From: Candidatus Daviesbacteria bacterium GW2011_GWA1_41_61
Lineage (GTDB): Bacteria; Patescibacteriota; Microgenomatia; Daviesbacterales; UBA10151
Direction of reading: 5' to 3'
Assembly: GCA_000997385.1 (NCBI GenBank)
Contig: LCBT01000003.1
Coordinates: 128,892 to 192,891 of the forward strand
Length of the DNA: 64,000 nucleotides
The notes beneath the pieces are model-generated. The model was not told where the DNA came from. It did no database searches and saw nothing but the letters and a program-made list of their open reading frames with translations. How positions within the stretch are numbered: the stretch's first letter is position 1; the number at the start of each line of letters is the position of its first letter. A program made the translations under genes and the position numbers. Shown here one piece after another: positions 40,478 to 50,260 of this stretch.

Positions 40478-41151
40478 TGAAAAAACCGGGGTTTACCCTA
40501 ATTGAACTGATTATAGTAGTGAGTATCATAGTCCTTTTGGGACTGATTTTTACTGATATTTTAGTCCAGACTTTAAGGGGACAAAATAAGGTGAGGATTT
40601 TAAACCAGGTTAAGCAAAACGGTCAGGTGGTCATGGAAAAGCTTTCTACCAGTATCCGCCAGGGCGGAGAGGTCAAATGTGTCGGAGATTTAGAGGATGA
40701 TAGTGATACTATTGATGATACTATTACCATGTTTAAACCCAGCGGCTATTCCCCCAATCAGGGTACCTATATCAGGTTTAGATTAATAAGACCTGTGGCC
40801 AATACTACCAACGGTTATTTAACTGAGGAGTATTTCACGGATAAAGAGCAAAGCAGTCAGGGGTTTACTGATTCGCAGCTTTGTATCAAAAGGGTTGATC
40901 TGGGTTTTAAAAGCTATCTGACGGACTTGGATACCATCAAAGGAGTCTCGGTAGATCATTATTCGACTGATGAAGCCAGCTTCAGCCCTTTATTTAAAAA
41001 GATTGAAAAAAAGGGGTACAATGATGCTATAACAGTAACCTTTAGACTGTTTCCCGGAGTCAAAGTTGGAGCAGGAGCTTATGAGGCAGACGTTAAGGAA
41101 GGAGGTATTCCGGTATTTACCACTACGGTACAGCTTCGGCGTTCGTGGTGA
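40477..41151 (+). CDS. Minor pilin (PilW-like), set 1
   Basis: G|FTLIEL; ends TTVQLR. Confidence 0.8.
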   Translation: MKKPGFTLIELIIVVSIIVLLGLIFTDILVQTLRGQNKVRILNQVKQNGQVVMEKLSTSIRQGGEVKCVGDLEDDSDTIDDTITMFKPSGYSPNQGTYIRFRLIRPVANTTNGYLTEEYFTDKEQSSQGFTDSQLCIKRVDLGFKSYLTDLDTIKGVSVDHYSTDEASFSPLFKKIEKKGYNDAITVTFRLFPGVKVGAGAYEADVKEGGIPVFTTTVQLRRSW

Positions 41152-42119
41152 TTTTAAAAAAAGAAATGCGGAAAAGTTTTCATCAAAAAGGGCAAGTCAT
41201 AATTATTTTATTACTGGTGATGGTAGTCTCACTGGCCGTGGCTTTATCTATTGTCGGCCGCAGCATTAATGAGATCTCTACCTCCAAAAAAACTGAAGAT
41301 TCTTCCCGGGCTTTTTCGGCTGCTGAAGCCGGGATTGAGAAGGTCTTAAAGTTAGCCACTCCTCCGGGTGTTGCTGTCCCGGTAAATTTTCCTAATTTAG
41401 CTACTGCTTCAGCCGAATTCTATAAACTGCCTGTAGGCAATAATGCCTTAGAACACCCTCCCATTGGTAAACCATCTTTTGCCCAGTTTTGGTTTGCCGA
41501 TCCGGATAAAGATAATGACCCCTTGGATGGTGTTCCTGATGCTTTTTATGGTTTTGCCTCAGGCGGAGTTAAACCTTTAAACACTTTTAATATTTATTTT
41601 GGTATCCCTCAGGCCTATACTGATGCGGCAGACAAACCGGCCATTGAAATTGACTCGATTGTTTGGAATACCGCCACTGCCACTCCCCGCTTTGAAAGCC
41701 GGCGCAGTTGGATAGAGACGGAAGAGCCGACAGCAAGAGGCACTAATTTTACTAAATGTACCAGCGTTGACAGCAGCGGAGATAGTAATAGGGTTTTAAC
41801 AAACAATAATACTATAGAAAGCGAGTTTTATTGTAAACATACTATTTCCTATGCCAGTGCTTCAGAGAATATTGCCACCTCATCCGGTGTTTATTTAGTA
41901 ATGGCTCGGGTGAGGATTTTATACAGCAGTTTAAATCACCCGGTAGCAGTCAAACCGACTGGTAATGCTAATGACGTTTTGCCACCTCAGGCTAATATCT
42001 ATAAATCAACTGGTGAAGCTGGAGAAGCCCAGAGGGTACTACAAGTTTTTCGCCAAAGAGAAGTAATGCCTCACTTTTTTGATTTTGTCCTCTTTTCGGA
42101 AGCACCTATTAATAAGTAG
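41145..42119 (+). CDS. Minor pilin (PilX-like), set 1
   Basis: KG|QVII without Glu5, AFSAAEAGIE. Confidence 0.8.
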   Translation: MVILKKEMRKSFHQKGQVIIILLLVMVVSLAVALSIVGRSINEISTSKKTEDSSRAFSAAEAGIEKVLKLATPPGVAVPVNFPNLATASAEFYKLPVGNNALEHPPIGKPSFAQFWFADPDKDNDPLDGVPDAFYGFASGGVKPLNTFNIYFGIPQAYTDAADKPAIEIDSIVWNTATATPRFESRRSWIETEEPTARGTNFTKCTSVDSSGDSNRVLTNNNTIESEFYCKHTISYASASENIATSSGVYLVMARVRILYSSLNHPVAVKPTGNANDVLPPQANIYKSTGEAGEAQRVLQVFRQREVMPHFFDFVLFSEAPINK

Positions 42120-42132
42120 CAAAGGATTGATC

Positions 42133-42567
42133 ATGGTACTGCCCAGCACAATTAGAATTAAACCTTCATCCCAGTCAGGAATTTCTTTAATTGAACTTAC
42201 TTTGGTGGTAATGCTTGTTTTGGCATTAGCCATGGTTGTGGCTAATCTACCATCGTGGACAGCTTCGATTACCGGCAGCAAATACAATTCCATCGCCCGG
42301 GAGGTAGCCAGTAAGAAGATTAATTATTTAAGAAAGAACCTCTATAGTAAAAATTTGCCTAATGGGACAACTGTTTTTTCTGACGAGAGTTTAACTAAGA
42401 TACCCTCCTCCACAGCTTCCTATAGTATTGAGGACTGTTCTGAAGACATTTGTTTAAATGATGAACAGGTTAAAAAAGTAACTGTCCAAATTAACTGGAA
42501 AGAACGAGCCGAGAATAAATTTTTAGAGCTTGTGACTTTAGTAGGTGTAGGAGGTGTTGGACAGTGA
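42133..42567 (+). CDS. Minor pilin (PilV-like), set 2
   Basis: SG|ISLIEL, KKVTVQINW; start moved to ATG 42133. Confidence 0.75.
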   Translation: MVLPSTIRIKPSSQSGISLIELTLVVMLVLALAMVVANLPSWTASITGSKYNSIAREVASKKINYLRKNLYSKNLPNGTTVFSDESLTKIPSSTASYSIEDCSEDICLNDEQVKKVTVQINWKERAENKFLELVTLVGVGGVGQ

Positions 42568-43127
42568 AAGGTCTGACTTTAGTTGAGATGCTGATTGTGA
42601 CGGCTGCAGCCCTAATTGTGGGAGTTATGCTGGTGACGCTTTTAGTCAACAATAGCGGATTTTTTTACAAACAATCGTCCATTATTGATCAGGGATTAAG
42701 TTTAAATGAGGGGCTGCAGGAGATTGATAAAAATATCCGTCAAGCGGTAAAGGTAGCTGTGGGGTACCCTGAGGACAGTCCCCTTTATACCACCAGCAGC
42801 CAGACCTTAGTTTTAAAAATGCCGGCTTTGGGGCCTTCGGAGGTTATCAGTGATACTTATGATTATACAGTGGTCAATATTGATGCAGCTGAGGATAAAA
42901 TTTTAAGGTTACAGGTTTTTCCTAATCCCTTAAGCACCAGGAAAAGCCAAAGCCTGGTTTTAACTAAGGCACTAAGCTCCATAACTTTTAACTACTTAGA
43001 TAATAATGACACTGTGGTGAGTGCTAATATAGCTACGCAAGTGGAGGTAATTTTGTCAATTTTAGAGAACAATGGGCCTCAAAGTTCGTTCCGGACTTCT
43101 AAGGCAGTGACTAGTTTAAGGAATTGA
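42564..43127 (+). CDS. Minor pilin (PilW-like), set 2
   Basis: KG|LTLVEM, IRQA; ends SLRN. Confidence 0.8.
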   Translation: MKGLTLVEMLIVTAAALIVGVMLVTLLVNNSGFFYKQSSIIDQGLSLNEGLQEIDKNIRQAVKVAVGYPEDSPLYTTSSQTLVLKMPALGPSEVISDTYDYTVVNIDAAEDKILRLQVFPNPLSTRKSQSLVLTKALSSITFNYLDNNDTVVSANIATQVEVILSILENNGPQSSFRTSKAVTSLRN

Positions 43128-43131
43128 AACT

Positions 43132-44913
43132 ATGCAAAAAGGACAGATTTTTGTTCTGGCTTTAATTGTTTTGGGTCTTATTTTAACCATGACTTTAGTC
43201 ATTATCAGCGGGGCGATGAATTTTTGGGTTAACAGCCGCTACTCCCTTCAGTCAGCTCAGGCAATCAATTTAGCTGAAGCCGGTTTGGATAAAGCGATTA
43301 CTTCTTTAAATGCCCAAGGAGGAGCTTACTTTGGCCAGGGGGAAACATTTTTTGGACCTGGTTCCTTTGAAATTACAGTTACAACTTTAGCTAATGGATC
43401 TAAAAATGTAGAGTCCTGGGGGTTTGTTCCCTCCAAAGCCCAGCCAAAATCTAAAAAGCAAGTTAAAGCCACGGTTTCCCGGGGTTTAGGGGCGGCTTTT
43501 TATTATGGCATCCAAGTTGGTGAGGGTGGGTTAATAATGTCCGAAAACAGCCAGGTTACGGGAGTAGGCAGCAATGTTGGCTCGGTTTATTCTAATGGAA
43601 ATATTATCATGCAGAATAACTCAGGCATTACCGGGGATGTTTATGTGGCCGGCGGTATCCAACCGACTGCTAACCAACAAAGTGCTTGCTCATCAGTTTG
43701 CAGCGATTTTATCTTTGGGACTAATGTCAGCGGTCAGGACATTTTGGACACCGCCCAAAGTTTTAAGCCTACTTTAAGTAGTGTTTTGAATAAGGTCAAG
43801 TTAAGGCTTAAAAAATATGGTTCCCCTCCCGATCTGGTAGTAAGGATTTTAGCTGACAGTAGCGGGAAGCCGGATAAAAATAATATCCTCTCCTCAGGCA
43901 CCTTACTGGCTAGTACAGTAACAGGCACCTATGGTCTAGCCGAGGTGGTCTTTACCTCTCCACCTTTTTTGAATGCTGATACTACTTATTGGATATTGCT
44001 TGACACTTCTTCCAGCTCAACTAACTATTGGGCTTGGTCGGCAGACTCCCTTCAAGGTTATACCAGGGGCTTGGCTAGTTGGACCTCTCATTGGCTGGCA
44101 GCCAATGCTACTTGGACTCAAGTAAACTTTGATCTGGATTTTGAAACCTATATGGGAGGAGTACCAACATATATAAACGGCAGCAACGGGGTGAATATTG
44201 GCGGTGATGCCCATGCTAACACTTTGCGTAACTTAAATATTGGCGGAGGAGCTTATTATCAAATAGCTGAGGATATTAACGCTTCGAGTACTTATCCGGG
44301 GTCATCTGATCCTGTAGCTCAGCCGATGCCTCTGTCGGAGAGTAACATCAGCCAATGGAAAAACACTGCCTCCTCATCGGCAGTTTACAGTGGTGACATC
44401 ACTACCTGTCCCTCCACTTTGGCAGCTGGGAAATATGTTGGTTCCATCTCCCTGCCTTTAGGTTGCACTGTCACTGTCGGTTCACCGATCTGGATTACCG
44501 GTAACCTGGCTTTAAGCAACAATAATACTCTAAGGCTAGATCCGGCCTATGGTGATTCCAGCGGAGTGGTGATGGTTGATAACTTTATCACCTTGGAAAA
44601 TGGCAATAGATTGCTTGGCAGCGGTACCCCCGGGAGCTATTTGATTGTTCTTTCCGAGTTTAACAGCCGTGACGACCCGGAGGGACGGGATGCCATCTCT
44701 TTAAATAACTCCGATAATTCCGGCATCATCTATACTAATTTAGGTAGTATTATGGTTGCCAACAACAACAATATGACGGAAATTACCGCCTGGAAGCTTA
44801 AATTGATGAACAATGTGGTAGTCAGGTATGACCAGGGATTGGCTAACAGCTTCTTTTCTTCAGGTCCTTCCGGAGCTTATTCTTTAATTAAGGGTACTTA
44901 CCAGATAAGATAA
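43132..44913 (+). CDS. Large PilX-like minor pilin with beta-rich adhesin-like domains, set 2
   Basis: KG|QIFV, AINLAEAGL, inserted AQSF...YWI beta-sandwich, beta-helix-like repeats. Confidence 0.78.
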   Translation: MQKGQIFVLALIVLGLILTMTLVIISGAMNFWVNSRYSLQSAQAINLAEAGLDKAITSLNAQGGAYFGQGETFFGPGSFEITVTTLANGSKNVESWGFVPSKAQPKSKKQVKATVSRGLGAAFYYGIQVGEGGLIMSENSQVTGVGSNVGSVYSNGNIIMQNNSGITGDVYVAGGIQPTANQQSACSSVCSDFIFGTNVSGQDILDTAQSFKPTLSSVLNKVKLRLKKYGSPPDLVVRILADSSGKPDKNNILSSGTLLASTVTGTYGLAEVVFTSPPFLNADTTYWILLDTSSSSTNYWAWSADSLQGYTRGLASWTSHWLAANATWTQVNFDLDFETYMGGVPTYINGSNGVNIGGDAHANTLRNLNIGGGAYYQIAEDINASSTYPGSSDPVAQPMPLSESNISQWKNTASSSAVYSGDITTCPSTLAAGKYVGSISLPLGCTVTVGSPIWITGNLALSNNNTLRLDPAYGDSSGVVMVDNFITLENGNRLLGSGTPGSYLIVLSEFNSRDDPEGRDAISLNNSDNSGIIYTNLGSIMVANNNNMTEITAWKLKLMNNVVVRYDQGLANSFFSSGPSGAYSLIKGTYQIR

Positions 44914-44932
44914 TGTGATAATATATAAATAT

Positions 44933-45961
44933 ATGGCTGATTTTGTTACCGGTTTGGATATTGGGACTTCTTCCATTAAAGCTGTGGTTTTATCCCACAA
45001 AAGTAAGCCGGCTAAATTGGTAGCCTTTGGCAGCATAGCTGCTCCCCAGCCTGGGATGATCTCTGATGCCGATGTGGATCTGGAGACAGTAGCTTCGGCC
45101 ATTAAAAACCTTTTGAGTTCAGTGAAAACTCCCTCCTCTTCAGTGGTGGTTGCTTTGCCGGAATCAAAAATTTTTACCAGAGTAGTCAGTGATTTCCCCT
45201 ATCTTTCGGACGGAGAAGTGGCTTCGGCTATTCGTTATTCAACAGAAGAGTTTGTGCCTCTTCCCGCTGATCAAGTCAGCCTCTATTGGCAGGTTATCGG
45301 CAGATCAAAGGACCGCAATAACACTACTGTTTTTGTGGTAGCTTCTCCTAAAAATACGGTTTCCAAATACCTGCGGGTGTTAGAATTGGCTAAACTGAGG
45401 CCTCAAGCCCTGGAAACGGAGCTGATTGCCGCAACCAGAGTTTTAATAGGGAGCAATGAGTTTGCTCCCACAACCTTGATTATCAACTTTGGAGCCAACT
45501 CTACTGACTTTGCCGTGGTTTCCAAGGGGTTGATCTTACTGACCCGTTCCATTGCTACTGGAGGGATGGCTTTAACCCGGGCTATTGCCCAGTATCTTAA
45601 TTTTGAACCCCTGCAGGCCGAGGAATATAAAAAGGTTTATGGGTTGTCCCAGGAGCAGCTGGGAGGTAAAATCCATCAGGCCCTAAAACCTTTAGTAGAT
45701 ATTATCGTTACTGAGTCGCAAAGAGTCATTCAGTCCTTCCAAACCAAGTACACTCAAAATCCAGTTAAACGGATGGTCTTGTCCGGGGGTGGGGCCAAAA
45801 TGCCTGGGCTGGTAATATATCTGGCCAACAATTTAGGGATGGAAGTACAAGAAGCTGACCCTTGGGCTTCTATTCAAAAGGATCGCAGCATCGAAAGCAA
45901 ATTGGAAGAGAATACTGTTCAGTATGTGGTAGCTGTTGGCCTGGCTCTACGTGAGGGGTAA
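44933..45961 (+). CDS. pilM: Type IV pilus alignment protein PilM
   Basis: GLDIGTSSIK, LSGGGAK, VAVGLALR. Confidence 0.93.
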   Translation: MADFVTGLDIGTSSIKAVVLSHKSKPAKLVAFGSIAAPQPGMISDADVDLETVASAIKNLLSSVKTPSSSVVVALPESKIFTRVVSDFPYLSDGEVASAIRYSTEEFVPLPADQVSLYWQVIGRSKDRNNTTVFVVASPKNTVSKYLRVLELAKLRPQALETELIAATRVLIGSNEFAPTTLIINFGANSTDFAVVSKGLILLTRSIATGGMALTRAIAQYLNFEPLQAEEYKKVYGLSQEQLGGKIHQALKPLVDIIVTESQRVIQSFQTKYTQNPVKRMVLSGGGAKMPGLVIYLANNLGMEVQEADPWASIQKDRSIESKLEENTVQYVVAVGLALREG

Positions 45962-45979
45962 ACTTAGCCAGTAAAAATT

Positions 45980-46546
45980 ATGGATAGTCAAACCGTCAAT
46001 ACTTCCAGACCTGCTTTTAACCTACTTCCGGAAGATCTTCTTCTGGAGAGAAAACACAGCTCTAAACTCGTTTTTGTCAACAGGCTCAGTATTGTGGTTT
46101 TGGTGCTGATTGTTCTCTTTGCCTCCGGAACTTTAATGTTAAGGCTTTCCCAAGAAGCTCCCCTAAAAAAAGCTCAGGAAACCTTGTCCGGGGCAGAGAG
46201 TAAAATAACGGCGCTTAAAGACAGAGAATCTCAGCTGCTTACTTTGAAACAACAACTGGGTTTGATTGACAGCCTAAGTGGTGGAGATACCAAAAAGAGG
46301 GCTGTTTTTAATCTGATGGTTCTCTCTCTCCCTTTTGAGACACAAATATCTGATCTAGGAGTTGATAAGAATGGGCAGATGGAGGCCGTTTTAAGCTCTG
46401 TTTCGGTTGATTCCTTGGAAACACTTTTGGTAAATTTAACTAATCAAGAAAAAAATTCTGACCTGATCAGGAAGATAGAGTTAAACAGTTTAGCTGTGGG
46501 TAAAGACGGGCAATATAGATTTTCTCTGAGTATTACGCCAAAATGA
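45980..46546 (+). CDS. pilN: PilN-like protein
   Basis: FNLLP motif, TM and coiled coil, located after pilM. Confidence 0.8.
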   Translation: MDSQTVNTSRPAFNLLPEDLLLERKHSSKLVFVNRLSIVVLVLIVLFASGTLMLRLSQEAPLKKAQETLSGAESKITALKDRESQLLTLKQQLGLIDSLSGGDTKKRAVFNLMVLSLPFETQISDLGVDKNGQMEAVLSSVSVDSLETLLVNLTNQEKNSDLIRKIELNSLAVGKDGQYRFSLSITPK

Positions 46547-46565
46547 AGAAGGAGAAAAGCAGTCG

Positions 46566-47267
46566 ATGTTAGGTCTAGAGAAATTTTACGAAAAATATAA
46601 ACTTTGGCTGTGGCCAGTCTTTGTGGCTGCGGCTGCAGTGGGGATTGTGACAGCGGTGATAATCCCTCAGTTCCTGGACTATCTAAAACTGAGAGAAGAG
46701 ATAGTGGTCATCAGTGATAAGTCTGCTCAGCTTGCTCAGAGGGCTCAGCAGATGGAAGCAATTGATCAAGTGGCAGTTAAAGAGGGTTTAAAAGTGGTCT
46801 TTACGGTTTTACCCGGTGATCAAGATGTCTCAGAAGCCCTCTCATCTTTACAGGAGTTAGTCAACCGGTCGGGGTTAATCTTAAAATCAGTGTCGTATGC
46901 TTCGGCAAAAAGACCATCTTCAGATAAAGATAGCTTTCAACTAAACACGACTGTTTTGGGGCCTATCAGCTCGGTGAAAGATTTTTTGATTAATCTTAAG
47001 GAAGGTTCCCGGGTTTTTCGGGTTGACGCTATCGGCGCTAGGTTTCAAAAGGATGGGGTTATTGTGGAGTCAGATATTCCCATATCAGTTTTTTATACTG
47101 CTGCTCCGATTGCTTCGGTTGTGGCTTTAGATCAGCCGGTGCCTCAATTTACCCCCAGAGAAAGTCAACTTTTAAGCAAATTATCTAAAATAGTCTCCGA
47201 GTCTTTACTTAGTACCACTGACGAGACTGCGTCTGTGCCTTTAGGTAAAGCTAACCCTTTTGAATGA
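46566..47267 (+). CDS. pilO: PilO-like protein
   Basis: TM, coiled coil, LP...L..L...SG pattern, ends NPFE. Confidence 0.75.
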   Translation: MLGLEKFYEKYKLWLWPVFVAAAAVGIVTAVIIPQFLDYLKLREEIVVISDKSAQLAQRAQQMEAIDQVAVKEGLKVVFTVLPGDQDVSEALSSLQELVNRSGLILKSVSYASAKRPSSDKDSFQLNTTVLGPISSVKDFLINLKEGSRVFRVDAIGARFQKDGVIVESDIPISVFYTAAPIASVVALDQPVPQFTPRESQLLSKLSKIVSESLLSTTDETASVPLGKANPFE

Positions 47268-47270
47268 AGG

Positions 47271-47966
47271 CTAGCTTTTTAAAAGATCAGGACGGATTTT
47301 TTGGGTTTTCTCAAGGGACTGTACTTTCCGCCAGTGGGCAATTTGTTGATGGTTGCCGGAAAGTAAAACCTTAGGCACCCGGGAATTTTCAAAACTTTCT
47401 GGTCTGGTGTATTGAGGATATTCCAGTATCCCGGCGTTTAGCTTGGCGAAGCTTTCATCTTCAGTCGCTGCCTCTTTTTTAAGAACTTTAGGGATCAGCC
47501 TGACTGTAGCATCAATAACCACCATGGCTGGCAGCTCTCCTCCGGTTAAAACATAATCCCCAATAGAGATCTCTTCATCAACATAAGTTTCAACAAACCT
47601 TTGGTCTACCCCCTCATAATGCCCGCAAACGATCATCAGATGATCAAATTGAGTAAACTTTTGGGCTTTGGACTGTTTAAAAGGAAATCCTGAAGCAGAC
47701 ATTAAAATAGTATATGGTTTATGGTTTGCGGTTTGTGGTTTGGCGGCAGCCTGCCAGGCTTTGGCTAAGACATCCGGTTTTAAGACCATCCCCGGACCTC
47801 CTCCAAAAGGCCGATCATCAACTACTTGATGTTTACCCTCTCCAAATTGTCTTAGGTCAAGCAAATTGTATTCCACCAAGCCTTTATCTTTAGCTCTTTT
47901 CAAAATTGAAGTATTCAGTACAGGTTCAAAAATCTCTGGGAATAAAGTGATGACAGTTATTTTCAT
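47271..47966 (-). CDS. trmD: tRNA (guanine-N1)-methyltransferase
   Basis: TLFPE, DDRPFGGGPGMV, CGHYEGVD, SIGDYVLTGGE. Confidence 0.97.
   Translation of the reverse strand: MKITVITLFPEIFEPVLNTSILKRAKDKGLVEYNLLDLRQFGEGKHQVVDDRPFGGGPGMVLKPDVLAKAWQAAAKPQTANHKPYTILMSASGFPFKQSKAQKFTQFDHLMIVCGHYEGVDQRFVETYVDEEISIGDYVLTGGELPAMVVIDATVRLIPKVLKKEAATEDESFAKLNAGILEYPQYTRPESFENSRVPKVLLSGNHQQIAHWRKVQSLEKTQKIRPDLLKS
47707..47741 (-). repeat. In-frame heptamer tandem repeat in trmD
   Basis: AAACCAC AAACCGC AAACCAT AAACCAT ATACTAT. Confidence 0.78.
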
Positions 47967-47986
47967 TTGTTTAGGATGAGGCAGAA

Positions 47987-48229
47987 TTATTTAACCTCTT
48001 GGAGGTTAACATTGACCCGCAGTTTGGAGTTTTCGGCAATAGCCCGGGTAACGAGAATTCTTCTGATGGCTTTGATGGTTTGACCGCTTTTTCCTATAAC
48101 CATGCCCATATCTTCGGGATCTATCGTTAAGTTAAAGTTAAGGGTATTATCTTGTGTTTCCTCAGTAATTTCCACTGCCTCAGGTTTGAAGACTAAGCTC
48201 TTAACAATATATTCAAGTAAATCCTTCAT
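47987..48229 (-). CDS. khpA: KH-domain RNA-binding protein (KhpA/YlqC)
   Basis: MKDLLEYIVKSLV..P, DMGMVIGKSGQTIKAIR; start moved to 48229. Confidence 0.9.
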   Translation of the reverse strand: MKDLLEYIVKSLVFKPEAVEITEETQDNTLNFNLTIDPEDMGMVIGKSGQTIKAIRRILVTRAIAENSKLRVNVNLQEVK

Positions 48230-48233
48230 TAAT

Positions 48234-48602
48234 TTATACTTCTTCCTTTTTTGGTTCTTCTGAAGGAGTTTCTGCTTCAGACTCCTGAGCTTCCTTTGCA
48301 GGTTCTTGGGCAACTGCAGATTCTGCTTTCTTTTCTTGGGCTTTTTTAGGCTTTCTGGGGGGTTTTTGAGGGGCTTTACCAATAATCCTTAAGTATCCAT
48401 CAGAGGGGACTGCTCCATGCTCCATCCAGTAATTAATCCTTTCCTTTTTTAAGATAATTTCTTTAGGTTCAGTTAAAGGGTTATAAGTTCCCAAAAGTTC
48501 CAGATATGCTCCGGTTCTTTTTCTTCTTTCATCAACAGCTACCACCCTGTAAAAGGGTCTGCTTTTAGCACCTATTCTCATCAGTCTGATCTTTACCGGC
48601 AT
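48234..48602 (-). CDS. rpsP: 30S ribosomal protein S16
   Basis: MPVKIRLMRIGAKSRPFYRVV, LGTYNP; acidic tail. Confidence 0.96.
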   Translation of the reverse strand: MPVKIRLMRIGAKSRPFYRVVAVDERRKRTGAYLELLGTYNPLTEPKEIILKKERINYWMEHGAVPSDGYLRIIGKAPQKPPRKPKKAQEKKAESAVAQEPAKEAQESEAETPSEEPKKEEV

Positions 48603-48665
48603 GGGCAAAAGTATAACCGATATCTTACTTTGATTCAAGGGAGAAGATATTAAGGGTTAACTAAA

Positions 48666-49355
48666 TTATTTGGTGAGTTTGATGAGGGCTTCTTTGGCTG
48701 CTTCTTCTTCTGCTTGTTGCTTGCTGGAGCCTGCTCCTTGTCCTATCTGTTCCCCTTGGACAAAAACTCCGACTGTAAATTGTTTAGCATGATCAGGACC
48801 TGAGGTTTGTAAAATTTTATATTTAGGGGAAGTTTGCAGTTTATTTTGAGCTACCTCCTGCAGCTGGCTTTTAGGGTCCCTGGGAGCCCCTTTTTCCACC
48901 TCTTGAACAAAAAGTGGTAAAAGTGTAGCCTCAACAAATTTTCTGGTTGGCTCTAATCCTAAATCCAGAAAAATAGCCCCCAAAAGGGCCTCATAAGTGT
49001 TAGCCAGCAGTTGGGAGTTATCCCTGCCTCCAGACAATTCTTCTCCCCTGGATAATTTTAAGTAATGCCCTAAATTAAGTTGTTTGGCTACCCTGGCTAA
49101 ACTGTCAGTTTTAACAATATAGGCCCGAAGATTAGTCAGATCCCCTTCTTTGTCTTGGGGTCTGATCTCAAACAGATAGGAAGAGATGATAAAAGATAAA
49201 ACTACATCCCCTAAAAACTCTAATCTCTCGTTGGATTCTATTGCTACTTTGACTTCATTTAAAAAAGAACGGTGAGTAAAAGCAGTCCGATAAAAAGCTT
49301 CCTTTTGAGGCCTTAGCCCATATCCCTCTAGAATTTTACGAAACTCGATATTCAT
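48666..49355 (-). CDS. rnc: Ribonuclease III
   Basis: NERLEFLGD; dsRBD DPKSQLQE, GPDHAK. Confidence 0.96.
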   Translation of the reverse strand: MNIEFRKILEGYGLRPQKEAFYRTAFTHRSFLNEVKVAIESNERLEFLGDVVLSFIISSYLFEIRPQDKEGDLTNLRAYIVKTDSLARVAKQLNLGHYLKLSRGEELSGGRDNSQLLANTYEALLGAIFLDLGLEPTRKFVEATLLPLFVQEVEKGAPRDPKSQLQEVAQNKLQTSPKYKILQTSGPDHAKQFTVGVFVQGEQIGQGAGSSKQQAEEEAAKEALIKLTK

Positions 49356-49387
49356 AATTGCTTACCTTTTGGCTGATCGGCAGGAGA

Positions 49388-49624
49388 TTATTCTAATGAT
49401 TTATCTTCGATTAGCTCTATTAGGTCACTCACAGTTTTTATCTGTTGAGCCTCAGCAGGTTCAAAGACAATATTGAAACGGCGGGCTAGATACTCTAATA
49501 GGTCAGCCACTTCCACGGGATTTAAACCCAGATCATCCTGCAGATGAGACTCTGGATCAATATCCGGGGCTGGTAAAGTTAAAGCTTCACCGATAGCTTC
49601 GATGATCTGTTTTTGGTCAATCAT
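49388..49624 (-). CDS. acpP: Acyl carrier protein homolog lacking the phosphopantetheine serine
   Basis: 78-aa acidic protein, LQDDLGL-NPV-E, A.QIKTV.D; syntenic with rnc. Confidence 0.78.
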   Translation of the reverse strand: MIDQKQIIEAIGEALTLPAPDIDPESHLQDDLGLNPVEVADLLEYLARRFNIVFEPAEAQQIKTVSDLIELIEDKSLE

Positions 49625-49681
49625 AATTTCTTTTTTCCCTCCTTATTCTTTTTTATAGATTATTGCCTCTTCTGTCAACAC

Positions 49682-50050
49682 TCATTTGTTAATTTCATGT
49701 TTACTGATGATATTACCTAAGACTCCATTGATAAAGCTGGGGCTGGAATCTGATCCAAACTCTTTGGCCAGTTCAACTGCTTCATCAACCACTACTTTAA
49801 AGGGAGTATCTTTCTTTATTAAAAGTTCAAAGATTGCCAGACGCAAAATTGCTAAATCCAGCCGGTTAATTTGTTTTAAAGGCCTGTCGGAAGCTGCCTG
49901 CTCAATGGCTCTGTCTATTTGATCTAAGTTTTTAACTACCGCTGTTCCTAACTCTGTCTGGGGATTAATTTTAGGCTGAAATTCCCAGGCAAAAAGATCT
50001 TTTATCGCCTTGACTCTTTTGAGATGGCGGGGATCCTGGGAAGTCTTCAT
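49682..50050 (-). CDS. nusB: Transcription antitermination factor NusB
   Basis: DLAILRLA, EAVELAKEFG, FINGVL. Confidence 0.95.
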   Translation of the reverse strand: MKTSQDPRHLKRVKAIKDLFAWEFQPKINPQTELGTAVVKNLDQIDRAIEQAASDRPLKQINRLDLAILRLAIFELLIKKDTPFKVVVDEAVELAKEFGSDSSPSFINGVLGNIISKHEINK

Positions 50051-50251
50051 CTAGGCTTTTACTACCTGGACATTGGTCTTTCTTTTGACCTGCCTTCCCT
50101 GATAAAAGCCGCAGTGCTGGCACACCTGATGGGAAGGTGTTAACTCTTTGCAATGAGAGCACTTTATTAAACCCAGGCTGACTAACTTAATAGCTGCTCT
50201 TCTGGTTCTTTTTCTTGCTTTACTATGTCTTCTTTTTGGTTCTGCAGGCAT
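50051..50251 (-). CDS. rpmF: 50S ribosomal protein L32
   Basis: PKRRHSK.R, CSHC, HQVCQHCGFY. Confidence 0.96.
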   Translation of the reverse strand: MPAEPKRRHSKARKRTRRAAIKLVSLGLIKCSHCKELTPSHQVCQHCGFYQGRQVKRKTNVQVVKA

Positions 50252-50260
50252 AGAAACTTC

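Noticed and set aside
32224-47267. Type II secretion system
   Set aside because: PilT and PilMNO are present and there is no secretin or GspC/L/M; this is a type IV pilus.
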